Shown in pieces: positions 1 through 13,322 of a stretch of DNA of 64,000 nucleotides (position 1 is the first letter of the stretch; every line of letters starts with the position of its first letter). A model generated the notes under the pieces. That model did no database searches. It was not told the origin of the DNA and worked only from the letters and a program-made list of their open reading frames with translations. A program made the position numbers and the translations under genes. Origin of the DNA: Chloropicon primus (taxonomy: Eukaryota); NCBI GenBank assembly GCA_023205875.1, contig CP060769.1, positions 1-64,000 of the forward strand, in the 5' to 3' direction.

Positions 1-511
1 AAACCTAAACCTAAAACCTAAAACCTAAAACCTAAAACCTAAAACCTAAAACCTAAAACCTAAACCTAAAACCTAAAAACCTAAAACCTAAAACCTAAAA
101 CCTAAAACCTAAAACCTAAAACCTAAAACCTAAACCTAAAACCTAAAACCTAAACCTAAAACCTAAAACCTAAAACCTAAAACCTAAAACCTAAAACCTA
201 AAACCTAAAACCTAAAACCTAAAACCTAAAACCTAAAACCTAAAACCTAAAACCTAAAACCTAAAACCTAAAACCTAAAACCTAAAACCTAAAACCTAAA
301 ACCTAAAACCTAAAACCTAAAACCTAAAACCTAAAACCTAAAACCTAAAACCTAAAACCTAAAACCTAAAACCTAAAACCTAAAACCTAAAACCTAAAAC
401 CTAAAACCTAAAACCTAAACCTAAAACCTAAAACCTAAAACCTAAAACCTAAACCTAAACAACCTAACAACCTAACAACCTAACAACCTAACAACCTACA
501 ATCCTAAACCT
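1..511 (-). repeat. Telomeric array (TTTTAGG)n, C-rich strand on +; proximal variants AAACCT and AACAACCT
   Basis: Tandem AAAACCT from the window start, degenerating to AACAACCT after ~455. Confidence 0.97.
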
Positions 512-985
512 AAGGAAGGACGACCTGGCCAAGGAAAGGAGCCGGAGAACAAAAGAAGCCTAAGAGAAAGACACCGTCGCATCATCCAACCTTTCCGTGG
601 TGCCTCCGAGGCCGCGCCTAAAGCCTGGGAGCCTAAAACCTAACGCCTAAAACCTAACAACCTAACAACCTACAATCCTAAACCTAAGGAAGGAAGTCCT
701 GGCCAAGGAACGGAGCCGGAGAACAAAAGAAGCCTAAGAGAAAGACACCGTCGCATCATCCAACCTTTCCGTGGTGCCTCCGAGTCACCGCGTTTCCTAA
801 AGCCTTGGGAGTCCTAAAACCTAACGCCTAAAAGGCCCTCTCGTGGGTCCGAAGTGTCTTGAGTAGGGTTTGCCCGAGGAAGGAAGGAAGGACGACCTGG
901 CCAAGGAAAGGAGCCGGAGAACAAAAGAAGCCTAAGTGAAAGACACCGTTGCATCATCCAACCTTTCCGTGGTGCCTCCAAGCCA
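500..985. repeat. Subtelomeric repeat: three copies of a ~100-bp core, first two interleaved with variant telomere repeats
   Basis: Core CCTGGCCAAGGAA...CAACCTTTCCGTGGTGCCTCC at ~512-610, ~686-785, ~886-985; copies 1-2 have a 174-bp period. Confidence 0.9.
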
Positions 986-1837
986 CCTCATGTTTTCCTT
1001 CTGGTTTAGGTCTTAAGTGTGATCTGGCTTTTAGTCGGCCCTAAACCAGATCGCATAAGACGACGGATTCCAGCAGAAGAGTGGATCAGGGTAAGGTTTA
1101 CGATTCAATCTCTTTCTTCTCTGGTGCCCTAGATTGCACTCCACCCGGAACAGGTCTCTCCATCACGGACTCCATTCACATAACATCATCATCATCCATG
1201 GAGGGCTGTGGTTTGGGTTTTAGTGGTCCGACAGATGGATCTCTACAGGCTCAAGGACGACGGGAAGATACACAATATTAGAGGAGTATCCAAATATAAA
1301 ATACAAACCCCTTCTGACAAAGTTTCACAGCTATCGGACACGAACTGGATCCGTCACTCCACTATTCGTACGAAAAAATAGGCCCAAAATGCGCAATAAA
1401 AGCTACAGAATCATATCATACACACCTACATTACACAATCAAGTCAGCATGAACCAAACCAAGAGGATCCAATCCACGAACAACTACCCACAGACACCTC
1501 TCCTTGCCTTCCCTCCTCTCCCACACTCCTGCATTGCCAAGCCGATGGTATCCTCGAGCCCCTCCACAGGCCCCCCATCACTAATGGGCCATCAGCGCCC
1601 CAATGAGGTTCTCCAAGCCTAATCACGAGATGCCACAAAAGCCACCAATGAACCCAGCACAGAAGCATTCCAACACAAACATAGCAACCCAAGATCCCCT
1701 CCCCTCCTCTCCCCTCCTCTCCCCTCCTCTCCCCCCTGCATTGCCTTCCTCTCCTCCTTCTGATTTCCGTTTCGCTTAGGTTTAGGAACACGAGGGCGAG
1801 GCAAACTTCACTTCACTGCGGCGAGGAGAGGGAGGGA

Positions 1838-1874
<37 letters not shown>

Positions 1875-1920
1875 TGGGATTGATTGATTGGTTGGTTGGT
1901 TGACGTGAGGCGACGCAGGC

Positions 1921-2393
1921 ATGGCTTCCAACACGCATATCGCGGAGCTCCTCAAGGCCGAGGAAGAGGCACAAAACACGGTCTCTCAAGCGAGGAAAGG
2001 TACGAAGGAGAAGAAACTGTCGAGCGAGCCTTTAATTTGCGCGGGGCTGGCCGCTTCGCACGACCAACGCCGTAGCCAGAGGCTGATACCACTTGCTTTC
2101 GCTCGTCGTTTCTTTTTGTTCCTAAAACCCATCCCATTTCGTTTCGATTCACAGAGAAGACTGATTTGCTTCGGCAGGCAAACGTGGAGGCGGACCGTGA
2201 GGTTCAGGCGTACAGGCAGCAGCTGGAGACCCAGTACCAGGCGATGCTCCAGCAAGGGGGCGTGGACACGCAAGGCGCCCTGGTGAAGTTGAACCAGGAG
2301 ACCGACAAGGCCATCAGTGAGATGAAGCAAAGGGTGCAGCAAAAGAGCCAGCAGGTTGCGAACATACTCGTGGACCACGTGAAGAGGACCTAG
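1921..2393 (+). CDS. VHA-G: V-type ATPase subunit G; exons 1921-1999, 2155-2393
   Basis: IAELLKAEEEAQNTVSQARK-E-KTDLLRQANVEADREVQAYRQQ; GT..AG intron 2000-2154 restores frame. Confidence 0.88.
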
Positions 2394-2690
2394 TTTGCGG
2401 GAGGCCTCTCCTCCGGCAAAAGTCATGCGCGGTCGTGAACTGAAAAATTGTAATGTAATACCCTTCTTGCTTTGCCTTGGCTTCTGTTACAAAGAAGGAG
2501 ACCGAGAACCACGGTGGCGTCTTCTCGCACCACCTAAACCTCTCTCTCTCTCTCTCTCTCTCTGGTCGTCTGGTCTCTCTATCTATATCTATATGGTAAG
2601 TGGTTTGCGTCGTTGTTATAATTTACTCGTTGCCGCCGCCCAGCCAAAAGCCAAAAGCCCAAAGCCCAGGGCCTCCTCGGTCTTCTGCGA

Positions 2691-4271
2691 CTACGCCAGG
2701 AGGACGTCCTCCGAATCAAAGTAGTCCGAGATGAGCCTGTAGACGTAACTCGGGGAGTGGCACCCCGTGTCCGTGACGAACAGGGAAATCATGTCCGGCG
2801 GGATGTAGTCGTAGGCCGGGTTCAGCGCCGCCATCTCGAAGCTCTCGGCGTTGCCCCGCGGGTTTCCTTCCCCTGACCCTTCCTCCTCGTCCCTGGACCC
2901 CTCCGCGGCGCCCTCCCCCTGCTCCGCGTCCTCCTCCCCGGGGCTGGAGGGGTTCTCCCCTTCCCCCCCGTCGCTGCTCCCCCTCGGGGAGCTCACCGAG
3001 TCCGAGTCCCTGGCCGCCGCCTCCTCCTCCTGCCCCTTCCTCCTGTACGCCGCGCTCACGAACTGCTGCCCCACGACCTTGTCCATGTCGATGATCTCGC
3101 CCGGCGTCCTGTGGGAGTAGCACCGGAACGGCATGTCCAGCTTGGGGTCCCTGGGGAGCTGGGGGACGAGCTTGTGGATGCCGAGCACCACGACGACGGG
3201 CACGGCGTGGGTCCTGGCCGCGATGCACGTGGCGTGGGTGCCGACGGGGGCGATGATCCCGCCGTTCGCCAGCAGGGCGTGGGCCCCCAGGATCACCTTG
3301 TTCACCCGGCTCATCAGGGCGAACACGCAGGCGTCGGGGGCAAGGGTCACCGTGACCTTGCCGTGGCCGGACACGCCGCCCCCCTGGCCCATCGCGAGGT
3401 AGGAGCTCTGCGTGCTGTTGCTCTGCCTCTTGGTGTCCAGGGAGGCCAGGACCGTCGCCATCTTGTGGCCGCCGTATTTGGGGGCACCCTCCGCCACGAT
3501 CACGGAGAAGCTCCTCTTCTGCCGCATGCAGCAGGTGGTCAGGAAGCACTCCACCGAGTGGGAGTATCCGCAGGTCAGGATGACCTCCTTGGCGTGCACG
3601 TGCTCCAGGGACTGGTCCGCGATCAGCTGCTCGCTCTCTCCCAGGTCCTCGAGGAGGTCGTTGATGCTCTCGATCACCAGGAACTTCCTCCTCCAGCTCT
3701 TTTGCTGCTTTCCCGCCTTCTTGGGCTGCTGCTGCTGCTGCGGCTGCGGCTGCTGCTGCTGCCCTTGCTCGTGGTGCTCCCTCACGGCCTCCTCGATCTC
3801 CCTCTGGTCGAACAAGCTCTTGAGCGACGGGGCTCGCTTCATGGCCTGACCCAGTGCCAGGCTCTGCCTCAACTGAACCAGCTTCTTGTTCGCCGCCAGG
3901 CCTTGCTTCTCCTGTTGCCTCTGCTCCTCCTCCTCCTCTTCCTCCTCCTTGTGCCTGCTGTTGTTGGTGTTGTCCTGGTTGTTGTCCTTCTCCAAGGCGA
4001 GTTGCCTCTCCTGCTGCTCCTCATCCCTCACGAACTTGATGACCCTCCTGACGATGTTCCCCACGGAGAAGGCCAGAGGTTGCTCCTGCATGATCTCCTG
4101 CTCAACCTGCTTGACCTCCTTGATGATCTCCTTGGCATTGTGTGCCTTGCTTGTTGAGATACATATCCTCAACAACTCGGCGGTCCTTCTGGCGATATGC
4201 AAGGATCTCGTGTACTCCTTGGTCGTCCCTCGCCTCAGCTGGTTCCCCAAGTACGCTACCTGGTCCTCCAT
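2691..4271 (-). CDS. EIF2B2: Translation initiation factor eIF2B subunit beta (an upstream exon is possible; AG directly precedes the ATG)
   Basis: IARRTAELLR, EHVHAKEVILT, FALMSRVNKVILGAHALLANGG, NPAYDYIPP, SPSYVYRL. Confidence 0.88.
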   Translation of the reverse strand: MEDQVAYLGNQLRRGTTKEYTRSLHIARRTAELLRICISTSKAHNAKEIIKEVKQVEQEIMQEQPLAFSVGNIVRRVIKFVRDEEQQERQLALEKDNNQDNTNNSRHKEEEEEEEEQRQQEKQGLAANKKLVQLRQSLALGQAMKRAPSLKSLFDQREIEEAVREHHEQGQQQQPQPQQQQQPKKAGKQQKSWRRKFLVIESINDLLEDLGESEQLIADQSLEHVHAKEVILTCGYSHSVECFLTTCCMRQKRSFSVIVAEGAPKYGGHKMATVLASLDTKRQSNSTQSSYLAMGQGGGVSGHGKVTVTLAPDACVFALMSRVNKVILGAHALLANGGIIAPVGTHATCIAARTHAVPVVVVLGIHKLVPQLPRDPKLDMPFRCYSHRTPGEIIDMDKVVGQQFVSAAYRRKGQEEEAAARDSDSVSSPRGSSDGGEGENPSSPGEEDAEQGEGAAEGSRDEEEGSGEGNPRGNAESFEMAALNPAYDYIPPDMISLFVTDTGCHSPSYVYRLISDYFDSEDVLLA

Positions 4272-4975
4272 CTAAACCTAATGAAATGAAACCACAGGTG
4301 TTTCCTTCCTGTGTTGATGCCCTGTTATGCCCTGTGTCCTCCTTTGTGTTCCTTTCCTTCCTGGTTCTTGTTTCCTCACCCCACTCCACACCCCAGGGGT
4401 TGTTCTCTGCTCTGTGCCCAGAGGATGGGGATGACTTTGAGTTTTTGAGTTTGGGTTTGGGTTTGAGTTTGACCTGACCCAGAAAGTAGGAGTGAAGGGC
4501 GGGAGTGAAGGCACTAACTCCTCTTGTCCTTGTCCTCGTCGTTGTTGTCCTCCTCCTCCTCCTGTTGTTGTTGTTGTTGTTGTTGTTGGCGGCGACTCGG
4601 TGGGCTCGGTGTGTGACATTACCCCTTCCCGCGCAAAACACACAAACACACGACACGACACGACACGCGGGACAACAACAAGCAACACCAACACCAACAC
4701 CAACACCAACACCAGGACCAGGACCAGGACCAGGACCAGGACCAGGACCAGGGGACCGATAACAACAAGAGTATCCTATCCTGTCTGAGGTATTGATACA
4801 CTTCCTTCATCAACAAGGAAACCAAACACCAACACACACACACACACACACAACCAACAAACAAACCAACAAACGAACCAAGGAACGAACCAAGGAAGTG
4901 TTGGATTGGATCGTATCAGATTGAGTCCATCTTCTTCTTCTTCTTCTTCTTCTTCTTCTTGATCTCGTTGTTGTG

Positions 4976-6076
4976 ATGGCGAGCGGGAGTGGACCGAGCA
5001 GCAGCAGCGGGGGGAGTGAAGGGCTGGTGGTGCCGTGGGTGGAGAAGTACAGGCCGACGACGTTGGAAGACGTCGCGGCGCACAAGGATATCGTGGACAC
5101 CGTGAAGAGGCTCGTGGAGGAGAACAAACTCCCGCACTTGCTGTTGTACGGGCCACCGGGAACAGGGAAGACGAGCATGATACTCGCGATTGCAAAGCAG
5201 ATCTACGGAAAGAGAGCGAACCAGATGTGTCTCCACCTGAACGCGAGTGACGCCAGGGGGATTGACGTGGTCAGGAACGACATCCAGGGGTTCGCGTCCA
5301 CGAGGAACATCTCTTTCGCGTTCAAGAAGCCCGACTCCTCTTCCTCCTCCTCCTCCTCCTCGGGGGAGTTCAAACTCGTGATACTGGACGAGTGCGATGC
5401 GATGACGAACGACGCCCAGTTCGCGCTGAGGCGGATCATCGAGAAGTACACGAAGAACACGAGGTTCTGCCTGATCTGCAACTACGTGAACAAGGTGATC
5501 CCCGCTTTGCAGAGCAGGTGCACGAGGTTCAGGTTCTGCCCCCTTCCCGCCCAGTACGTCAAGGAGAGGCTGACGTTTATCATGGACAAGGAGGGGGTCA
5601 AGACGAGCGTGGAGGGCATGGACGTGGACGACGGAGAGTCGGACGATGGCGGAGTCGACGCGGTCGTGAGGCTGAGCAAGGGAGACATGCGGAGGGCTCT
5701 CAACCTCGTGCAGACCATGGCCATGTCCGGGAAGGTCGTGACGGAGGAGAACGTGTACGCCTGCACGGGCCAGACCAGGCCCAAGCAAGTCAAGGAGATC
5801 CTCAGGGTCTTGCTGAACTCGTCCTTCTCCGAGTGCATGAGAGTTCTGGGCGGCATGCAGCAGGAAGAGGGGTTCGCCCTGGTGGACATCCTCCAGGACT
5901 TGTACGGAGAGCTGAAGAAGGTGGGCCTCCCCAAGGGAGTGAGGTCGGACCTCCTGGACAAGCTGGCGGACTTGGAGTTCAACCTGAGTGGCTCTTGCAC
6001 CGAAAAGATCCAGCTCGGCGGCCTCGTGGGAACCTTCACCGCGGCCAGGAAGAACATCGTGGAGCAGGCGACTTGA
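4976..6076 (+). CDS. RFC5: Replication factor C small subunit (human RFC5 / yeast Rfc3 type)
   Basis: PWVEKYRP, LLYGPPGTGKTS, LDECDAMTNDAQFALRR, SRC motif. Confidence 0.92.
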   Translation: MASGSGPSSSSGGSEGLVVPWVEKYRPTTLEDVAAHKDIVDTVKRLVEENKLPHLLLYGPPGTGKTSMILAIAKQIYGKRANQMCLHLNASDARGIDVVRNDIQGFASTRNISFAFKKPDSSSSSSSSSGEFKLVILDECDAMTNDAQFALRRIIEKYTKNTRFCLICNYVNKVIPALQSRCTRFRFCPLPAQYVKERLTFIMDKEGVKTSVEGMDVDDGESDDGGVDAVVRLSKGDMRRALNLVQTMAMSGKVVTEENVYACTGQTRPKQVKEILRVLLNSSFSECMRVLGGMQQEEGFALVDILQDLYGELKKVGLPKGVRSDLLDKLADLEFNLSGSCTEKIQLGGLVGTFTAARKNIVEQAT

Positions 6077-6282
6077 CCCACCACAACCGCAACGAAACCT
6101 AAAGCTTTGGCTTGGTTTTCTCGCAGCGAGGTGACCCGAAGTGACCCACCCTACACCATAGTAATACCCCAACCGTTGCGATCCTGATCACGGTGCCTAA
6201 AGAACGCTAATGATGCTGACAAAAGAAACTGTGTTCTCTCAAGTGCTTGCGTGTTTGTGGAAAGGAAAGGGAAGGGAAGGGA

Positions 6283-6316
<34 letters not shown>

Positions 6317-6590
6317 ATCATCCCCTTCCCTTTCCCCTTTCCTTCCCTTTCCCTTTCCTTCCCTTTCCTCGGTCCTGTCCCTCCCCTCCAATGTCAGCCA
6401 CAAAGATCTTCAAGCTTTCCGAGGAGAACGGAACCGCGGTCGCGAGAGAAACAGAGACACACAGAGACACAGAGAGAGAGAGAGGGCGGCGCCTTCTTCC
6501 TTTCATTTGACCAGACACACGACCTTCTTCTTGCTCCTCATCCCCATCCTCAACCTCGTCCTCGTCCTTGAGTTGTTGTTGTTGTTGATA

Positions 6591-7473
6591 ATGGTGAACC
6601 CGAGTGGAGGAGGCAGCAGAGTGTTCGCGAGCAAGGCGAGGGGAGCAAAGGTCGGGAGGGCGTGGTCCAACAAGGCCGCAGCCGAGGCGACCGGGCAAAG
6701 AATCAACAAGCAGCTGCCCTCCTCGTCGTCGTCGTCATCGTCTGGTCAAGGGAATCTGATGATGAGACGGGGTGTCCTCTCCAGAGGAGTGGCATCCACA
6801 TTGGCGTTGGTGACGGTGGGGAGCTACCTTGGGTTCTCCACGTGGGGGAGGCGCCGGGAGATCGCGGTGGCGGCCACGGAGGGAGGGAGCGGGAAGACCT
6901 CCAGCTTGGGGTTCGACCTCTCCATGTCCAAGGAGGAGATCAACGACGCGATCAAGGACCTCTCCGAGTTGTCGGTCAAGGTGACCATGAACGTAAGTCC
7001 AAGCAGGTGTTGAGGAAAGGAAAGGAAAGACTGACGCACACGACGACGGACGACTTCCCTGCTCTTGATCTCCTTTTGTTTTGGTGACCGGACTTGCCTG
7101 GTTGTAGGCCGGAACGGAGCGAGCGTTCACGGGCAAGACGGTGAACGGTTACTCGCACGACAACAAGGAGGACGGCGTGTACGTCAGCGCGGTGGGCGGG
7201 TTGCCACTCTTCGACTCGAAGGCCAAGTTCAACTCGGGCACGGGGTGGCCGAGCTTCTTCGCCCCGATCGCCCCGGACCACGTGAGGGAGATCAAGGACA
7301 CCTCGATCTTCTTCATGCCAAGGACGGAGATCGTGGACGCCAAGTCGGGCGCCCATCTGGGCCACGTCTTCGACGACGGCCCGGCCCCAACCGGCCTTCG
7401 GTACTGCATGAACGCGGCCGCCCTCAAGTTCATCCCGAGGGCCGAGTACGAGGCCACTTACAAGAAGCAGTAA
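6591..7473 (+). CDS. MSRB: Methionine-R-sulfoxide reductase MsrB with N-terminal extension; exons 6591-6992, 7108-7473
   Basis: GTERAFTG, SGTGWPSF, RTEI, HLGHVFDDGP, RYCMN; GTAAGT donor at 6993. Confidence 0.9.
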
Positions 7474-8260
7474 GAAGCAGTGGGGGGGGAGGAGGAGGGT
7501 GGAACGTTTCTGCGAGGAGCGCGCGATTGACTCTTTCGAGAGAGTGCCTGGTAGGCGGACTGGCGGGTTGGTTGATTAAGCGTTCTCCGTTTTTCAACGA
7601 GTGATTCACATTCACTCGACGCTTCTTCTTCTTGTCGTTCGTTTGCTTGCTTGTTGTCGTGATCATCGATGCTAGACTTCGAATCAGCTTGTTCGTGCCG
7701 TGTCGTGTCGTGCTGTGCTGTGCTGTGCTGTGCTGTGCTGTGTTAAAAGAAGAGAACAAGATCCCCGTGGACCGTGTCACCGGCGAGAACATCGTCCATC
7801 CTCCTCTCCGAGGCCTCAATAGATCAAGATATAGATATTGATATAGTAGAAGATCAGCAACGTTCTTCAAGGCTTCAAGTGCCTGTGCGTGCGTGCGTGC
7901 GTGTGCGTGCAAGAGAGAGAGAGAGAGGGAGAGAGAGAGAGAGAAGGATTGTGTGTGTTGTGGTTGTGGTTGGTATTATTCCCAGAGTGCCCTCATGCCC
8001 GTCCCTCCCTCCTCCCAGTCCAGTCCAGTCATGTGATCATCCTATCCATGTGATCCCTGCCCTTTCCTTTTTTGGATAAACCTCCTCCTCATCATCATCA
8101 TCACGGCAGGCGACGACGTCGACCCAACACGAGAACGCCGCGGAGCTTCACTTCACAAGCAAGCAAGCAAGCAAGGAAGGAAGCCCTCGAGGAACACCAA
8201 AGGTTTCACTCCCTGACGCACTCACGCTCTCACGGACTCGCGGACGGACGGGAGAGAAAG

Positions 8261-9993
<1,733 letters not shown>

Positions 9994-10246
9994 CTTGCTT
10001 GTGCTTGTAGGGAGAGAATAGGGCGTTTTTCGGAGGAGACCGACAAAAAGTGGAGCATCGTGTGTTTTGTTTTGTAGAAGACGAGAGACCTAGAGAGATC
10101 TAGGATCTAGGAAGAAGAACCAGGGTAAAAGAAAAAAAAAAAAAAAAAACTGAGTCATCACCATTTCGTATAAAATTTGGGTACCAAACCAGCCCACAAC
10201 CGACGACCACGTGATCATAGATAAGTAAGATCTCATCTCACCTCTT

Positions 10247-12463
10247 TCACAAGGACACGACGAGCTCCCGCCGGAGGTGCGAGAGGAAGTCCACCATCTG
10301 GGACCACTCCTGGACGGTCGCGGACTCGTTCAACGAATTCCCTAAAACGTCGAACGAACTCCCCGGGGCGGCGGCAAACTGCCCCCCCCGCCTTCGCAGG
10401 ATGTCGCAGAGGGGCTTGACCATCTGCACCAAGTGACTCGTGGCGTACTCGCCCAGCAAGCCCCCAAAAATGCGCCTGTTCTCCAGCAAGAGCACGCTGA
10501 GATCGCAGGTGTCGATCAGAACCCCGAGGCAAGCCAGGTCCTCGTGGTCCCAACCGCCGTTGGCACCGCCATCACCCGACGACGGCGAAGGCGCCAAACT
10601 TCCCAAGGCCTCCACGGACCAGCCCAGCGCCTTTGTCAGGCCCTCCCCGCAGGCCTCCGACTCCAGGTAGTCCGAATCCCCGCACCTGGCCTTGGAGGCC
10701 AAGACGTGGTCCAGAATGACGAGGCAGTTGGAGAGCAGACCGAACTTGCCCTCCCTGCCCTCCCTGCGACCATCCGGAGCCCCCGGGGAGAGCTCGTCCA
10801 TGATGGCGGTGATGAGCCTGAGCAGCTGGTGAAGGCTCCCCCCGCTGATCTCCACCATTGCCGTGTAGCCGCACTCCTCGCAGACCTGGGCCACCGAGGG
10901 CGCGAGGTAGGACCATCCAAAGCTGCGGGAGGCCTCCGCGAGACCGTCGTCGTCGGCGGCGGCTTGTGCGGACGGCGAGGAGGGAGGCGATATTCCCGCA
11001 ACCGCGTCCAGGATCTTGGGCACCCTCTCGTCGTTCAGCAGGATCTCGGGCACCTCCATGAGGTACCTGCCCAGCACTGCGGTCGCCGCCAAGTTCACGG
11101 TCTTCTCGTCGTTCACGGTCTTCTCCTTGGCCACCTCCAAAAAGTAGTCGATCACGATGCCCGCCACGTCGTTCAGGAGCATAAAGTAGTCTTGGACCGC
11201 CTGCTGCTGCTCTTCTTGCTCCCCGTCCCCCTGCTGCTGGGCGGCCAGAGTCGCGACGCACTCGATCGCCTGGTCCACCACGACGAAGCAGGTGCCCAGA
11301 TGGGCGGCTGCCCTCTCCCCCGCCGTCAACGAGTGCTCCGCGTCGTGGGACCTCTGGGCCAGAGAGTGCTCGGCGGCCAGGACTCTCTGCTCTGGCTGCA
11401 GGGCGTCGCTCAGGAGGAGGGAGATCTCCGTCTTCGCCGTCAGCAGAACGAGATGCGCGAACCCCCCCTTGCGGAGCGGGGAGAAGGATCCCGAGGAGGA
11501 GTTCAGCAGCGCCGGACTCAGGATCCACTTGTGGCCGAGGGACCTGGCAAGGTTCGCCGCCACCCGAATGCAGTCCCTCTGACACCTGGTGCCGCTCGTC
11601 ACCAGCAGGCTCGCCACCGAGGCCCTCAGGCCCACCAGCCAGTCCTTCTTGCTACCCCCGCCCCGAGTGTGGGCCAGCACGCACTCGGGCTCCAGCCAGA
11701 ACCCCAGGGCCCTCACCGCCTCCAGCGGCGTCAGGGACGACGACGACGACGACGACTCGCCGTTGCTGCCCTTCCGCCGGTCCAGGGAAGACGGCGAGGA
11801 CGTGTTCATGGCACTCACCAGTGCGGTCGCCACCCGCTCAAAGTGAGATGACGACGAGGACGAAGACGAGGACGAGGATCGATCCCTTCCCCCCTCCGCC
11901 GCGTCAAGCTCCTCCAGGTTGAGGACGGCCAGGACCCTCCTCTGGCTGGACATGCGAGACAAGGCGACCCACAGGAGCCTCACTGCCCTCTGCCTCGCGA
12001 GTTCCCCTTCCTCCCCCTTTCCTCGGAGGGCCAACACGATCCTGCAAGCGTCCCGCAGGTGCATCGGACACTCGGGTCGCTCGTCCTCCACCACCTTGAG
12101 AGACTCGAGCGCCTTGGTGCACAGGTCGAGGACGGCCTCCAACGTGGTCATCGGACAAAGGGACGCGGCGCAGGACCGCAGGCACGAGGAGGCGATGCCC
12201 CACACCTTCCCGTCGCTCATGACCTCCTCCGAGAGTCCTCCCAGCGTCGAACACACCGCCGTCACGAGGTCCATCCCCTTGTGGGAGTCCCCCGCGAGGC
12301 TCTCCAGGAACCGTGGATCGAGGTTGGCGAAAGCTTTCCGTGCGAGTTCCGAGGCCCCGGTGGTCTTGATGGTCTTGAGCAGGTGGAGCAGCAGGAGCAT
12401 CCCGGCCAGGACCTCCTCCTTCGTCCCCCCCGCCACCATCCTCAGCACCGAAGCCTCCTCCAT
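10247..12463 (-). CDS. Neurochondrin-family armadillo-like protein
   Basis: EEVLAGMLLL near the N-terminus, PRFLESL, FAHLVLLTAKTEISLLL resemble neurochondrin blocks; long ORF with high GC3. Confidence 0.55.
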   Translation of the reverse strand: MEEASVLRMVAGGTKEEVLAGMLLLLHLLKTIKTTGASELARKAFANLDPRFLESLAGDSHKGMDLVTAVCSTLGGLSEEVMSDGKVWGIASSCLRSCAASLCPMTTLEAVLDLCTKALESLKVVEDERPECPMHLRDACRIVLALRGKGEEGELARQRAVRLLWVALSRMSSQRRVLAVLNLEELDAAEGGRDRSSSSSSSSSSSHFERVATALVSAMNTSSPSSLDRRKGSNGESSSSSSSLTPLEAVRALGFWLEPECVLAHTRGGGSKKDWLVGLRASVASLLVTSGTRCQRDCIRVAANLARSLGHKWILSPALLNSSSGSFSPLRKGGFAHLVLLTAKTEISLLLSDALQPEQRVLAAEHSLAQRSHDAEHSLTAGERAAAHLGTCFVVVDQAIECVATLAAQQQGDGEQEEQQQAVQDYFMLLNDVAGIVIDYFLEVAKEKTVNDEKTVNLAATAVLGRYLMEVPEILLNDERVPKILDAVAGISPPSSPSAQAAADDDGLAEASRSFGWSYLAPSVAQVCEECGYTAMVEISGGSLHQLLRLITAIMDELSPGAPDGRREGREGKFGLLSNCLVILDHVLASKARCGDSDYLESEACGEGLTKALGWSVEALGSLAPSPSSGDGGANGGWDHEDLACLGVLIDTCDLSVLLLENRRIFGGLLGEYATSHLVQMVKPLCDILRRRGGQFAAAPGSSFDVLGNSLNESATVQEWSQMVDFLSHLRRELVVSL

Positions 12464-13322
12464 CCTCCACGAGCGAGCCAAGCGGAAGCGCCGACAGACC
12501 TCAGGATCAAGAGGAGAGAGAGAGAGAGAGGGAGAGAGAGGAGCGGCAGGGAAGGGAAGGAGGGGGATGGAATGGGATGCAAGCAAAGGTGTTGTGTTGT
12601 GATGCGATCCAATGGAACGTTCCTAATCCTAACCCTACTATCCCTCACCAAGGTGGAACCTTTGGAAGTGTGTGAAACGGTCTGAAACTGGAACTGGCTA
12701 GAGCTTAGCCCCTAGGAAGCAGCGCAGCGGCCACCCATGAAACCCGTGGTGGTGCAGTGAACGACGATGGCTTGGATTACCAACAGCAAACGGTAAAAGG
12801 CAAAAGGCAACAGCGTGCGTGATGTGATTGCGATCCTTGGCTCTGGCTTGGGATGATTTTGCCTGGTGTTGAGATCCAGCCCAAGGGAAGTGGTGGAGTT
12901 GTTACCCCCATTGATTGTCGCCAAACACGCGCCAGCACAGTCGCCGTGCTGATCATTGATCATGATGGTTCGGAGCCATTGAACCATTGAACCATCGAAC
13001 CATTGGTTGGTTCCTCTCTGGTGCCTGCCTCTGTCTCTCTGCATGTTTTGTGTTTTGTGCGTTATGAGAGGAGAGAAGAGAGAAGAGAGAAGCTGCTCCC
13101 TGTGCGACATGGATTGACACCCCCACCTCCATCCCCATCCTAAGCATCCACCATCATCATCAAAAAAAGATCTTCTTGGGTGTGATCTGGCACAACAAAA
13201 GCGACAACACGTGCGGGGACGACCACGACGGCGAAGGCGAAGAGCGAAGGCGAACCAACACAACGCAACACAACGCAACGCAACACAACCCAGGACCAGC
13301 AACACCAGGACCAGGACGAGCC

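Noticed and set aside
4540..4960. Dense microsatellites and their homopolymeric ORFs (also throughout the intergenic regions and introns)
   Set aside because: Genome-wide simple-sequence background, not coding
12660..13020. Coding-like intergenic stretch between the neurochondrin-like and PSAT genes
   Set aside because: No recognisable motif or credible start/splice structure
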